The notes beneath the pieces were generated by a model. That model made no database searches. It was not told the DNA's origin and worked only from the letters and a program-made list of their open reading frames with translations. A program made the translations under genes and the position numbers. This document shows positions 45,778 to 55,395 of a stretch of DNA of 64,000 nt, in pieces. Position 1 is the stretch's first letter, and each line of letters opens with the position of its first letter. The stretch is from positions 186,001-250,000 of IMG/VR virus record IMGVR_UViG_3300020165_000007. The stretch is one strand, 5' to 3'.

Positions 45778-47469
45778 TCAAAAAGGTAAATCGAAATCTA
45801 CGAATTCATCTATATTTCCAATATTATCTTCCCATACCAAAAAATCAAAACTATTATTAAGTTTTTTATTTTTATGGAAATATGATTTGGTTTTCATTAC
45901 TTTACCATTACTAAACTCTTTAATCATTTTAGGTAAATCAAAATTATTACTATTAAACAATAATTCAATTTTATTATCTAAAACTTCTAAAGGAACGTTC
46001 CACGTATCATCTAAATTACTATTAAATTTTCCTCTACTCTGAACTCGTTTTAAACTACTTTTTAATATTCTATATTCTACTGTTGCCCTGTCTTTATTCA
46101 ATATATCATTTTTTCTTAATGATATAATTAAAGATTCAGGTTTTTCAATATAGGTCCTAACACAATTGGACTGTACTTGAGACTCCTCATTATATTCTCC
46201 TGAACTTGTTAAAACTACAGGGTAATAATTTTCATTTGGCAGTACTTCTATCGGTATTTCTATAACCTGAAGGGTATGGTCGTTATATATTCTCTTTATT
46301 TTACCTTTCTTGTATGTTTCAACTAATTCACTTATGATATAATGTTCATCATTAAATTGAGTTATGTTAGTAAATTTCATCTTGAAGTCTTCTCCATACT
46401 TTTTTAAAGATTTTATAATATGTAGATGGTCTTTTATGATTGACCAATTCATATCTTTATTTTCGTTAATTAAATTAACTATTCTTTTTTTATCGATATT
46501 ACTAAGGTCGAAGTAAGACCTTCTATTAAAATCAACGAAATTGAACCATGTGGAATACATATCCACACTATTTTTACTAAAAAAACTTTCTCTTATTTTA
46601 TTAAAATAGTCTACCCCTAAATTGTGAAATACTTCGAATAAAATAAAAAAGTCAATATCTCTACCTTGGTTTAGTATCTTTCTGACTTTCTTACCCTTTA
46701 ATCTATTTTTATCCATAAAAAACTGTGTTAGGTTTCCCTTTTTAATAAGTTCTCTTTTTGGGAGTTGTAGGACTCTATACTCTAATACCGAATCAGGGTA
46801 AGACACTTTGTTAACTTTTAAGTATAGTTTATACATTTCACCCTCTAAGTGGTTTGACGTATATTCCATTAAAATATTGGTTTGCTTATGTAGTTGATTA
46901 ATAAATATTTTTATTGATTGTAGAGCAATTTCATCTCCTACCGTATTAAAGTTATTAGTTGTGGAAATCATATCTTTCCATTCCTTATTTTTACTTACTA
47001 CATGATTAAAGTTTCTTCTTACAGCAAGTTTTATTTCTGTTAAAAATGGTAACTGAAATCCATTACATCTTACTTTTTTGGAAATTATCTTTTTACGTTT
47101 CTTAGATATGTGTCCGTGGTAAAAATTTTTACTTTTAGTATTATAAGTAACAAAACTAATTTCTTTATTGACTTTAAAGTATTGACTACCAACCAATCTT
47201 TTAAAAATATTATGATAAAACCTAATACTGATTTTATCGCCTGATTGTACAACTTTAACCTTTATTTTAATAAGATGTAGTTGTTTAGTCTTATCAGAAT
47301 AAAACTTTTTTACATCTTCGTCTTTAATTATCTCATCTTTTTCAAAAAAAAATTTTCCGTATTTTAGAGTTGATTTTTCGGACTGTACGTAACTTATTTC
47401 ACAACTATTTTTAAAATATTCTAATATGTTAATTGTCCCTTCTTTTTCATACAGTATAGTTTCACCCAT
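45778..47469 (-). CDS. PcfJ-like domain protein
   Basis: EH..I...EESQVQSNCVRTY...IISLR...RATVEY...Q.RGKFN. Confidence 0.7.
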   Translation of the reverse strand: MGETILYEKEGTINILEYFKNSCEISYVQSEKSTLKYGKFFFEKDEIIKDEDVKKFYSDKTKQLHLIKIKVKVVQSGDKISIRFYHNIFKRLVGSQYFKVNKEISFVTYNTKSKNFYHGHISKKRKKIISKKVRCNGFQLPFLTEIKLAVRRNFNHVVSKNKEWKDMISTTNNFNTVGDEIALQSIKIFINQLHKQTNILMEYTSNHLEGEMYKLYLKVNKVSYPDSVLEYRVLQLPKRELIKKGNLTQFFMDKNRLKGKKVRKILNQGRDIDFFILFEVFHNLGVDYFNKIRESFFSKNSVDMYSTWFNFVDFNRRSYFDLSNIDKKRIVNLINENKDMNWSIIKDHLHIIKSLKKYGEDFKMKFTNITQFNDEHYIISELVETYKKGKIKRIYNDHTLQVIEIPIEVLPNENYYPVVLTSSGEYNEESQVQSNCVRTYIEKPESLIISLRKNDILNKDRATVEYRILKSSLKRVQSRGKFNSNLDDTWNVPLEVLDNKIELLFNSNNFDLPKMIKEFSNGKVMKTKSYFHKNKKLNNSFDFLVWEDNIGNIDEFVDFDLPF

Positions 47470-47518
47470 AGTAAGTTTAATTTACTAAAGAATAAAATAC
47501 AATATCTGAACTTTCAAC

Positions 47519-47794
47519 TCAATTTAAATATATTTTACCAAACTTACCTTCCATAGTTACTTTATATTCTTTCTTACTTTCAACTACATTCAACTTTAAA
47601 ATAACCTCTATCATTTGTTTTTGGGTAAGTTGTATGTCATTACCTTCTTTATGGTTAATTAACGCTTTCTTATATATTGCATCAAAAAAATTATCAATAG
47701 GTGAGTCACCGATTAAACTATACAATTCTTTTGGATTTTCTTTAAAGAATGTTTTAATCTGTGAAAGATATATTTGCACGTCAACATCACTCAT
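47519..47794 (-). CDS. Hypothetical protein
   Basis: ORF. Confidence 0.65.
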   Translation of the reverse strand: MSDVDVQIYLSQIKTFFKENPKELYSLIGDSPIDNFFDAIYKKALINHKEGNDIQLTQKQMIEVILKLNVVESKKEYKVTMEGKFGKIYLN

Positions 47795-47857
47795 TTAATT
47801 ATTTTTTAAAAAACTATGTAAAATGAAAATAACCGATTTAACGGTTATTTTCAAGTA

Positions 47858-49186
47858 TTACCTAAAGATATGTAATTTTTTATTATTCTCAATCTCGTCA
47901 GGTATTTTAACGTTTGGACTATTCTTTAAGTTAATTACCTGTAGGTTTTTCAAGTTACTTATCCCCTTAGGTATCGTTGTAAGATTATTATTGTTCGGTA
48001 AGGATAGGAATACTAAATCTTTCAACTCTTCGATTTCTTTAGGTAGTTCTTTAATAATACCTTCCAAGTGAAGGGCATTTAGATTTTTAAATCTACCTAG
48101 CGTTTTTGGGATAGTAAGTGCGACTTCATCTGAAGATTCCCCGTATCTATTATTCGACTTAACAAAATCAAATCTTTCAAGATTATCAGGTAGAGTTTCA
48201 AAAAACTCATCAAACCCATATAATGATATAAACTTAGAAGCGGAATCTTTTGGATATTCAACAGATATCGAAGTTCCTTCTCTATTAGTTAAACTTTTCA
48301 TAAATTCCGGTTTAAATACTTCTTTAAGTTCTTCGTTTTTATTCAAAAATTCTATTAGATTAATTTGTCTATCATTTGCCCCCATATACTGATTAGATGG
48401 GAAATGAAACTGATACCTATTTGCAGGTAATCCACTTTTTTCTCCTGTAGTCACACCTCCATCTCGGAAAGATTCAGGTTTGTTTGGAATTACCACATAT
48501 AAAGGACCATCTTTAATATAAGTATTAAAGTAGTTACTTCTTCCAGGTGCAGATGTACACCAACCACTTTCACCTTTTGCAATATCTAAACCATATCCAC
48601 CGTAAAAACAAGCCGCATCGTGCCCTAACTTTCCAGTGTCTTCGATTTTTACAACGGTCCACTTACTACCTTTAAAAATTACTTCACCACCTGGATGTTC
48701 ATAAGTTTTAGCGGCTTCTTCTTTTTCTGATTTAGAAGCTTTAGTTTTATCCAAACTAAAATCTACAGTAATATCTGCTAATTTTTCAATATTAAGTTTA
48801 TTAATATCTCTAAGTTCTTGGTCAAGTTGACCTTTGAACCTGTCGAACTTTTGTAAAGACTCTGTAGTTTTATATAAATCCTCAAAAAATAGTTCTTGTA
48901 ACCTACTCATTTCACTTTTAAATTCTGAAGTACCATACTCCGATTCAGGCTCAAGTCTAAGAAATTGTTTTACCAACCACGGTGTATATGTACCGGCCTT
49001 TTTAATTTCGTCTCCGTCTCTACGAGTCGTAGGGTCAGCTAATACTATTTTATTCAAATCCTCTAAAGACATTCTAGCAGGTTTTACTTTGTCACCTTTT
49101 TTCTTAGGTTCAGTATAAGTCTTCCTAAGAATTTCATAACGACCCTGTTCTAAAATTATATGTCTAATAATACCACTAAATTTCAT
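47858..49186 (-). CDS. Leader plus PcfJ-like (CFYG..WCT) domain plus C-terminal leucine-rich repeats
   Basis: MKFSGIIRHIILEQ; AACFYGG...WCTSAPG...YIKDGPLYV; LKNLNALHL..IKELP.EI..LKDL..LSL..N..L..IP..I..LKNL. Confidence 0.75.
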   Translation of the reverse strand: MKFSGIIRHIILEQGRYEILRKTYTEPKKKGDKVKPARMSLEDLNKIVLADPTTRRDGDEIKKAGTYTPWLVKQFLRLEPESEYGTSEFKSEMSRLQELFFEDLYKTTESLQKFDRFKGQLDQELRDINKLNIEKLADITVDFSLDKTKASKSEKEEAAKTYEHPGGEVIFKGSKWTVVKIEDTGKLGHDAACFYGGYGLDIAKGESGWCTSAPGRSNYFNTYIKDGPLYVVIPNKPESFRDGGVTTGEKSGLPANRYQFHFPSNQYMGANDRQINLIEFLNKNEELKEVFKPEFMKSLTNREGTSISVEYPKDSASKFISLYGFDEFFETLPDNLERFDFVKSNNRYGESSDEVALTIPKTLGRFKNLNALHLEGIIKELPKEIEELKDLVFLSLPNNNNLTTIPKGISNLKNLQVINLKNSPNVKIPDEIENNKKLHIFR

Positions 49187-49226
49187 ATTATTCTTTTTCA
49201 TATAAATATATAGTTAACTTAAAAGA

Positions 49227-50072
49227 TTACGAATTATAATTCAAAATTAATAGTTCGGTTCCTTTATTTTGTGTTTTTCCTTTTTTAGCTGACGCCGCTT
49301 TGACGAAGTCTTTCTGTTCCCAAAGATAATCATTTTTTGGAAACCACCCATTTAAAAGTTCAAAATCATAGTAAGATAATGAAAACTTTCCTTTGATATT
49401 GTTTAGAATTTTTGCCAACCTTTCGTGGTCATTCCTATCAAAGTCGTGATTAGAATAGTAGTTCTCTGTTTTCCAGTACGGTGGGTCTAAGTAAAAGTAT
49501 GTCTTATCTCCATCATATTTGTTAATGAGTTCTTCAAAGTCCATATTTTCAACAAAGTTAATTTTTGAGAATTTGTCTATCCACTTTTCGTTTTTCAGTT
49601 TATCTCTAAAAGTAAGGTATTTTGATTTGTACTTACCCTTTAAGTCGATGTAATTTGATGACTCTGGTTTACTGCCGCTGAATACCTGTGTAAGAATGTA
49701 AGCATACTTAGCAGCAACATCATAGTCAGGGTAATTTATTTCAAAGTCATCTGCAAATATCTCAGACTGGAACTCTTTGAATAGGTCTTTATATTCTGTA
49801 GGTGTGTTCTCCACTCCTCGTTGTTGACAAGGGATAGACTCAACAGATTTAAGAAGTTCTGTAGGGTTTTGCACACACATAAAGAGATTGTAGTTCAACG
49901 GATTGAAATCGTTATAAACAATGTTCTTTAGATTTGGGTACTCATCCAAATCCATATTGTAGTAACACCAAAACATACCTCCGAATGGTTCAACATATGT
50001 CTCCATATCTTTAGGGTAATATGGGACTATCCATTTACCTATCCTACTTTTTCCTCCTATATAACTAAGCAT
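49227..50072 (-). CDS. Dam-like (D12 class) DNA adenine methyltransferase (orphan)
   Basis: SYIGGKS, YVEPFGG, YNDFN, YLDPPY. Confidence 0.9.
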   Translation of the reverse strand: MLSYIGGKSRIGKWIVPYYPKDMETYVEPFGGMFWCYYNMDLDEYPNLKNIVYNDFNPLNYNLFMCVQNPTELLKSVESIPCQQRGVENTPTEYKDLFKEFQSEIFADDFEINYPDYDVAAKYAYILTQVFSGSKPESSNYIDLKGKYKSKYLTFRDKLKNEKWIDKFSKINFVENMDFEELINKYDGDKTYFYLDPPYWKTENYYSNHDFDRNDHERLAKILNNIKGKFSLSYYDFELLNGWFPKNDYLWEQKDFVKAASAKKGKTQNKGTELLILNYNS

Positions 50073-50223
50073 ACTTATTAATTTTACTACAAATATAGTA
50101 AAGAAAATTCAAAAAGAAAATTAATCTTGATTTTTGAATTTTTCAATCAATACAGATATAACGGATATAGTTATTATTGAGATTGAAAGGATTAAAAAAA
50201 GTATGTCGAATATTGGGAAACCT

Positions 50224-51159
50224 TTATACATAATGTATTAATAATACTATAGCTACTGAAACAAGTAGACCAACTAATAACTTTAAGAAATCTTTAGCTA
50301 CTATAGGAAATACTTGTTTTAAATTACCTTTCTTAGTTAGGTATGTGTTTAAAGCAAGTTCTCTACCACACAACAATCCAACAAATACCCATGTAGTTGA
50401 CATAGGGACGTTATTTAATTGTTTAAAATACAATAGTAGGAAAGCATACACTAAGTCAATTAAAGTCGCTGAGCGAACGTATTTTGTATTTTGTTTGTCA
50501 AGAACTATCTGTTGTATCTTACCACCTTGTTGATAAAATATCCATCCCAATCCTATAGTAAAAAAGGTTATAACACCTGACAGTTCAACAACTGAAAGTT
50601 GTCTTGGTAAGAACACTGCGATGTTTGCGATATCGTGTGAAAGCCACGTAAACCACAAAAAACTTGTGGTTAACCATTGTCCTATTCTCCAATATTTTTT
50701 ATTACTTTCTTTTATGTCGTTATCTTCGTTGAATACTCCTGATATTAAGAACCATAATCCGTACGCCGCCACAGCTGCCAGACCATATCCTACAATACTT
50801 TTCATTAACATCTTCTCTAATACAAATGTTGACGCAAAAGCCGATAATACCAAAAATGATGTAGACACAGGAATACCTTTTCTTGTTAGTGCAACTAAAG
50901 CAAGAGGTGCAAGTGCGTGATACCACTGTACTTCTTGGAAGGGTATCTTATCTAATCTACCAAAGGATATGTCACCGTCATATACATTCCATCCATATAT
51001 TAATGTGAAAGCCATTACGACTGAAGCTGCTAACCATAATACATACCATTTAAATTTTTCTTTATTTGATGCAATCCATGTGCCGAGCGTTTGTACACTA
51101 TCATTGGCAATTACTGAGTAACCCGCCAATGTAAATCCTATTAACGAAAGTAATGTCAT
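50224..51159 (-). CDS. PiT/PHO4-like inorganic phosphate transporter
   Basis: Multi-TM; two-fold repeat signatures IANDSVQ...PVSTS and SHDIAN...PMSTT. Confidence 0.6.
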   Translation of the reverse strand: MTLLSLIGFTLAGYSVIANDSVQTLGTWIASNKEKFKWYVLWLAASVVMAFTLIYGWNVYDGDISFGRLDKIPFQEVQWYHALAPLALVALTRKGIPVSTSFLVLSAFASTFVLEKMLMKSIVGYGLAAVAAYGLWFLISGVFNEDNDIKESNKKYWRIGQWLTTSFLWFTWLSHDIANIAVFLPRQLSVVELSGVITFFTIGLGWIFYQQGGKIQQIVLDKQNTKYVRSATLIDLVYAFLLLYFKQLNNVPMSTTWVFVGLLCGRELALNTYLTKKGNLKQVFPIVAKDFLKLLVGLLVSVAIVLLIHYV

Positions 51160-51163
51160 ATTT

Positions 51164-51610
51164 TTAAATTTTTATAGAAAATCTGAATCTTATGGTTTTA
51201 GAATTATCCCATCCAATTCTGTAAACAAATTTATTATTTTTATATGGTATGTCAACAGCTACTGCCAAATTATATAATTTATCATACCAAAATTCTTGTT
51301 GTACCCAAAGTTTGAACTTTTCAAATTTGTAAATTAATCTAGGTTCAAACGTTGGTTGGTTATTTTCAATCTTATAATGTAGTGGTACACTAAATACTAT
51401 CGGTGATTCTGCAAAATTAAAGTTGTGTCTGTATGTGACTCTATTCTCATCCAACTTTGTTTTGTGTCTGAGTTCAAGTCCTCCCTTCTCAGTAATTTTG
51501 TGACTAAATGTTATGTAGGATTTTCCGTTGGTTCTCATCTCATAACCTATTTTTTGGGATAGGAGACTACAACTGATTAATAACATTAAAAATGTTAGTG
51601 TTAGTTTCAT
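51164..51610 (-). CDS. Small outer-membrane beta-barrel-like protein
   Basis: Signal peptide, alternating beta-strands, C-terminal FRFSIKI. Confidence 0.55.
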   Translation of the reverse strand: MKLTLTFLMLLISCSLLSQKIGYEMRTNGKSYITFSHKITEKGGLELRHKTKLDENRVTYRHNFNFAESPIVFSVPLHYKIENNQPTFEPRLIYKFEKFKLWVQQEFWYDKLYNLAVAVDIPYKNNKFVYRIGWDNSKTIRFRFSIKI

Positions 51611-51670
51611 AATAATCTATTTCTAACCATATATAGAAATAGATTATTTAAAATTTCACATTATCTAATA

Positions 51671-51688
51671 TGTTAACCTTGTGTTAAC
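51671..51688. promoter_or_regulatory. 11-bp-period direct repeat (Pho-box-like) upstream of porin/transporter pair
   Basis: TGTTAAC at 51671 and 51682. Confidence 0.4.
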
Positions 51689-51703
51689 AATTAAGAAACA
51701 ATA

Positions 51704-51874
51704 TTACTTATAGCAATTCTTATAAGGTCTACACGAAGCTTTCTGTGAGAACCCCATATCTTTACAAAGCGTTTTTTCACAATAAGATTTACTCATCTTA
51801 CGAGTTCCCTTATCATTACTTTGTTCTTTCTCCTCTAAGTAGGATTTAATAACACGTTTAATAATACTATTCAT
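51704..51874 (-). CDS. Small leader-bearing 4-Cys protein (56 aa)
   Basis: MNSIIKRVIKSYLEE...YCEKTLCKDMGFSQKASCRPYKNCYK; TATTTAT 51880-51886. Confidence 0.75.
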   Translation of the reverse strand: MNSIIKRVIKSYLEEKEQSNDKGTRKMSKSYCEKTLCKDMGFSQKASCRPYKNCYK

Positions 51875-51888
51875 TAAAAATAAATATC

Positions 51889-52038
51889 ATGAAAGAAAAA
51901 AAAGAAGAAGGTTGTAGTAGTTGTAAAAAAGGATTAGACATTAAACAAAAGTCTATGGTAGTATTATCAGTTTATATATTTATTACCTCTATATATGGAA
52001 CCTATAAAATAATACAGAATGTAGTTTCACACTTTTAA
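51889..52038 (+). CDS. Small CxxC plus TM protein (49 aa)
   Basis: MKEKKEEGCSSCKKG...TM. Confidence 0.6.
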   Translation: MKEKKEEGCSSCKKGLDIKQKSMVVLSVYIFITSIYGTYKIIQNVVSHF

Positions 52039-53001
52039 TTTTTCTATAATATTATTTTTCATCTCTGCATCCATAATTTCGTTAACTACACTCATTTTAA
52101 CGTAAAAATCACCTACCCCACCATTAGTTTTATATCCTTTACCTTTTAACCTTAATGGTTTACCCGTCTCAGTATTTTTAGGGATACTTATTAATACTTC
52201 ACCGTCAGGGTGAGGGAGACTAATTTCATTTTCCATAATTAAATCATATAATTTAACCGATTTAGTATAAACTAAATCATGATTAATTTTTTCAAAGTTA
52301 TCACTATTAATTACCTCTATTTGTAATATTAAATCACCAAAACCTAAATTAGGTGTAAAATCACCCTTACCTTTAACTCTTAAATATTCACCCGTATTTA
52401 CATTTGGTGGAATATCTACAGTTATGTTCTCTATTTTTTGTTTAATCCCCTTACCCTGACAATTAAAACATGGGTCTATCATAATACTACCCACTCCATT
52501 ACAACTACTACACGGAGTATCTATTATATGGTTAACAAACCCTGAACCCATCTTTCTTCTTATGTTACCACTTCCTTTACAAGTTTGACATACATTCTTT
52601 TTACCTCCACTTCCAGCACAGGTACCACAAGTATTATTGGTTTGATAGGTTATCGCTTTACTAACACCTTTAAATGATTCGATAGGGTTAATTTGTATAT
52701 TTATTTTTTTGTCAGGTCTTCTTCTATTTTTTTGATTTTGACTCCTAAACTGATTCATAAAATTAGAAAAAGGGTCAAATCCATTACTTCTTTGATTATT
52801 GAATAGATTAGGATTATCGTATTTCGCTTTTTTATCATCATCCGTCAATGTTTCATATGCCTCAACAATCTCTTTGAACTTGTCTCCCCCATTGGGGTTA
52901 ACATCAGGGTGATACTTTTTAGATAACTTTCGATAAGATTTCTTAATCTCATCTTTGGTTGATTTTTTATTAACACCTAGTATTTTATAGTAATCCTTCA
53001 T
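52027..53001 (-). CDS. dnaJ: DnaJ chaperone (J domain, zinc finger, C-terminal domain)
   Basis: DYYKILGV...YHPD; four CxxCxGxG; GDL/GDF C-terminal motifs. Confidence 0.93.
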   Translation of the reverse strand: MKDYYKILGVNKKSTKDEIKKSYRKLSKKYHPDVNPNGGDKFKEIVEAYETLTDDDKKAKYDNPNLFNNQRSNGFDPFSNFMNQFRSQNQKNRRRPDKKINIQINPIESFKGVSKAITYQTNNTCGTCAGSGGKKNVCQTCKGSGNIRRKMGSGFVNHIIDTPCSSCNGVGSIMIDPCFNCQGKGIKQKIENITVDIPPNVNTGEYLRVKGKGDFTPNLGFGDLILQIEVINSDNFEKINHDLVYTKSVKLYDLIMENEISLPHPDGEVLISIPKNTETGKPLRLKGKGYKTNGGVGDFYVKMSVVNEIMDAEMKNNIIEKLKV

Positions 53002-53003
53002 TT

Positions 53004-53648
53004 ATGGAAAATTTTATAATAGTATTATTTAAGAATAAGAAAAAGAAAAAAATTATCAAAGGTTATTCTACAGAGAAAAACGCTTTATCTAAATTTAATT
53101 CTTTATTAAAAAGTAATAACGTTTTATTTGATACTAAATATGAAAATTCGGAAAAGGTTAAGTACGAGTTAGCACTACTCTCTAAGATAGACGACTATCA
53201 ATTACCCTTATATAAAATGGATGAGATTGGTCGAAATAATCGAGTTTTTATGGATGACCAATCAGGTTATATAATTAAAAATATATCAGACTATAAGTTA
53301 GAAGAATTAGTGTATGACTGGCAGTCATCTTCTCGTATTTCTTTTAATCAATTAATATCAAAATATTGTAAGAAAAAAGACTTTAAAGTTATATCTAAAT
53401 TAAATAATAAAATTGTTATTCAAATAGACGAAATTTTTAGTTTATTTTCTCTAAAAAACACAGAAGACTCTGAACGTCTAATCGACACTCTAGAGTCTTC
53501 ATTTAGAGAGTTAGGAAGGAGTGACGCCATGTTTATTAAAGATAGTACTCAAACTCAACGTAAATGGTTATATAACGTATTAGAAAAAAATGGATTTGAT
53601 AAGAAAAAACTTTATAGACAAAAGACTACTTTTTCAAAACGAACTTAA
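53004..53648 (+). CDS. Hypothetical protein
   Basis: 214-aa ORF. Confidence 0.7.
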   Translation: MENFIIVLFKNKKKKKIIKGYSTEKNALSKFNSLLKSNNVLFDTKYENSEKVKYELALLSKIDDYQLPLYKMDEIGRNNRVFMDDQSGYIIKNISDYKLEELVYDWQSSSRISFNQLISKYCKKKDFKVISKLNNKIVIQIDEIFSLFSLKNTEDSERLIDTLESSFRELGRSDAMFIKDSTQTQRKWLYNVLEKNGFDKKKLYRQKTTFSKRT

Positions 53649-53856
53649 AACTAACCTTACCAAAAGTAATAAAAAACTTTTCTGAATTCCAATCAATCTC
53701 TCTAAAGTGTTTTAATATCTTATCGTATTTAGGTTTTTCTAAATTAAGTTTTATCTGTACTTCTTCATCCTTTAATAAAGAATTTTTCTCAATTAAATCT
53801 GCAATTTCCGCAAATGATTTTATGTTATCCCCAAAGTTTTCTTGATTCTTTTCCAT
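53626..53856 (-). CDS. Hypothetical protein
   Basis: ORF in overlapping run. Confidence 0.6.
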   Translation of the reverse strand: MEKNQENFGDNIKSFAEIADLIEKNSLLKDEEVQIKLNLEKPKYDKILKHFREIDWNSEKFFITFGKVSFKFVLKK

Positions 53857-54023
53857 AATGAATATTTTTCTTCTTCGTTAACTTTAGTCTCTACTATGAG
53901 TTTTTGAGTACTTTTTATTTCTTTAATAAGAACTTGTTTATGTTGTTTTAGGTTCTGTTGATTTTTCTCTATCTGTAGTTTCAACTTCTCCACTTCCTTC
54001 TGAACTTTGTCCATTTTCTTCAA
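53820..54023 (-). CDS. Small coiled-coil protein
   Basis: ORF; C-terminal SLWKRIKKTLG. Confidence 0.55.
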   Translation of the reverse strand: MKKMDKVQKEVEKLKLQIEKNQQNLKQHKQVLIKEIKSTQKLIVETKVNEEEKYSLWKRIKKTLGIT

Positions 54024-54408
54024 TGTTATTAGTTAATAGGGTAAACTCATCAATATCAAACTTAAGATTCTTTAGTATATCCAGATTTTTATCTTCAAAA
54101 ATACTCTTTAATTCTTGAACTTTATTTTTAAACAGTCTTTCTTTCTCCTCTTTTTCGATATTGAATTTAATTATAGAGTTAATAGTATTTTCTATTTTAT
54201 TAATTGACTCTTCTTTAAAAGGAGTTACGAAGGATATTATAATTCTTCCAGTCTCACCTTTATTTTTAATTATTTCAATTCCTTCTGAATGTTCTTTTAG
54301 AATTACCCATTTATCAGGAAATGACATATCAAAACTTATATAGTCTTTTATAACCCTAACCGACTTAAGGTAGTCTTTAGTAGAATTTATGAAATTATAG
54401 TACGACAT
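53938..54408 (-). CDS. Hypothetical protein
   Basis: ORF. Confidence 0.7.
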   Translation of the reverse strand: MSYYNFINSTKDYLKSVRVIKDYISFDMSFPDKWVILKEHSEGIEIIKNKGETGRIIISFVTPFKEESINKIENTINSIIKFNIEKEEKERLFKNKVQELKSIFEDKNLDILKNLKFDIDEFTLLTNNIEENGQSSEGSGEVETTDREKSTEPKTT

Positions 54409-54614
54409 TATGTTATAATATTAAATAAAACTGTAATTAAAAAAGATAAACATATCCCATAGTAAATTAGTGCGTTATTACCCATTACAAACTTTTCTGG
54501 TGGTGTGGACAACAACGCACTAATAAATTTAAACAACAACCTAAATAATGAAATTATTGCAAAAACAAATAAAAAAGTGATAATATATCCCAGTATAGGT
54601 ATTTCTATATTCAT
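54408..54614 (-). CDS. Small two-TM membrane protein
   Basis: Two hydrophobic helices. Confidence 0.65.
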   Translation of the reverse strand: MNIEIPILGYIITFLFVFAIISLFRLLFKFISALLSTPPEKFVMGNNALIYYGICLSFLITVLFNIIT

Positions 54615-54615
54615 A

Positions 54616-54786
54616 TTATTTACTTCTCTCTTCTAAAATTTCTTTTCTTAAGTCTTGAAGTAAAGCTTTTAGTTCCTGTGCTGACTTTCTAGCTCTAGTA
54701 CCCGCTGATTTATTACCTCCGTAAAATTTAACAGTATCTACTGATAGTGTTTCAACAAGTGTCTTAATGTTTTCTAAAGTTTCCAT
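54616..54786 (-). CDS. Histone H1-like (Hc1-family, Bacteroidota-type) protein (56 aa)
   Basis: Manual translation ...KFYGGNKSAGTRARKSAQELKALLQDLRKEI; GNKxAGTRARK signature. Confidence 0.8.
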   Translation of the reverse strand: METLENIKTLVETLSVDTVKFYGGNKSAGTRARKSAQELKALLQDLRKEILEERSK

Positions 54787-54863
54787 TTGTGTATTTTTTT
54801 TATTTTTATTATTCTATAAAAAAGTAATTTTTTTACATTTATAGTAAATAGATAACCACTTTT

Positions 54864-55349
54864 TTAAATATGTAAAGACCTTTCAAGTGTTTTGTAAACA
54901 TCAGTAAACATCTCTAAGTCGGACTTACTGGTTGGTCTTTTTCTATTGAACATCTGTTTTAAGAAATCGTTAAGAGCCTCTCTCATTTCCTTATCTTCTT
55001 GGTCATAAAATACTTCGAAAAAAAAGTCTTTAAAGTACTCTTCGTCTTTTTCACTAAATTTAAAGATTATATTTTCTTTTTTAAAGCTGTCTATTGTTTT
55101 ATTCCAACACCACTGATAGTGTTTGACTTTATCTACTGTCGTCATACCTATTTTAGTCTCTTTAGAATCATTATAACTGTCTCCTAAATATGTACCCCTA
55201 ACTAAGTAATAAAAAGAGAAACAGAAGTCTTTAAATAACTCTGTCAGTTCTGGCATTATATTATGAGCCATATTCCATGTATGTATGTCTTCCTTTCTCA
55301 TAGGTTCAGATAACCACTTAAAGAATTGGTCCGGATTATATCTCTTCAT
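54864..55349 (-). CDS. Hypothetical protein
   Basis: 161-aa ORF. Confidence 0.7.
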   Translation of the reverse strand: MKRYNPDQFFKWLSEPMRKEDIHTWNMAHNIMPELTELFKDFCFSFYYLVRGTYLGDSYNDSKETKIGMTTVDKVKHYQWCWNKTIDSFKKENIIFKFSEKDEEYFKDFFFEVFYDQEDKEMREALNDFLKQMFNRKRPTSKSDLEMFTDVYKTLERSLHI

Positions 55350-55395
55350 ATAAGAAATATAACACGGACCAATAAAAAATGAATAATAAGTTTTA

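Noticed and set aside
33653-50072. Restriction-modification system
   Set aside because: Neither methyltransferase has an adjacent recognisable endonuclease; treated as orphan protective MTases
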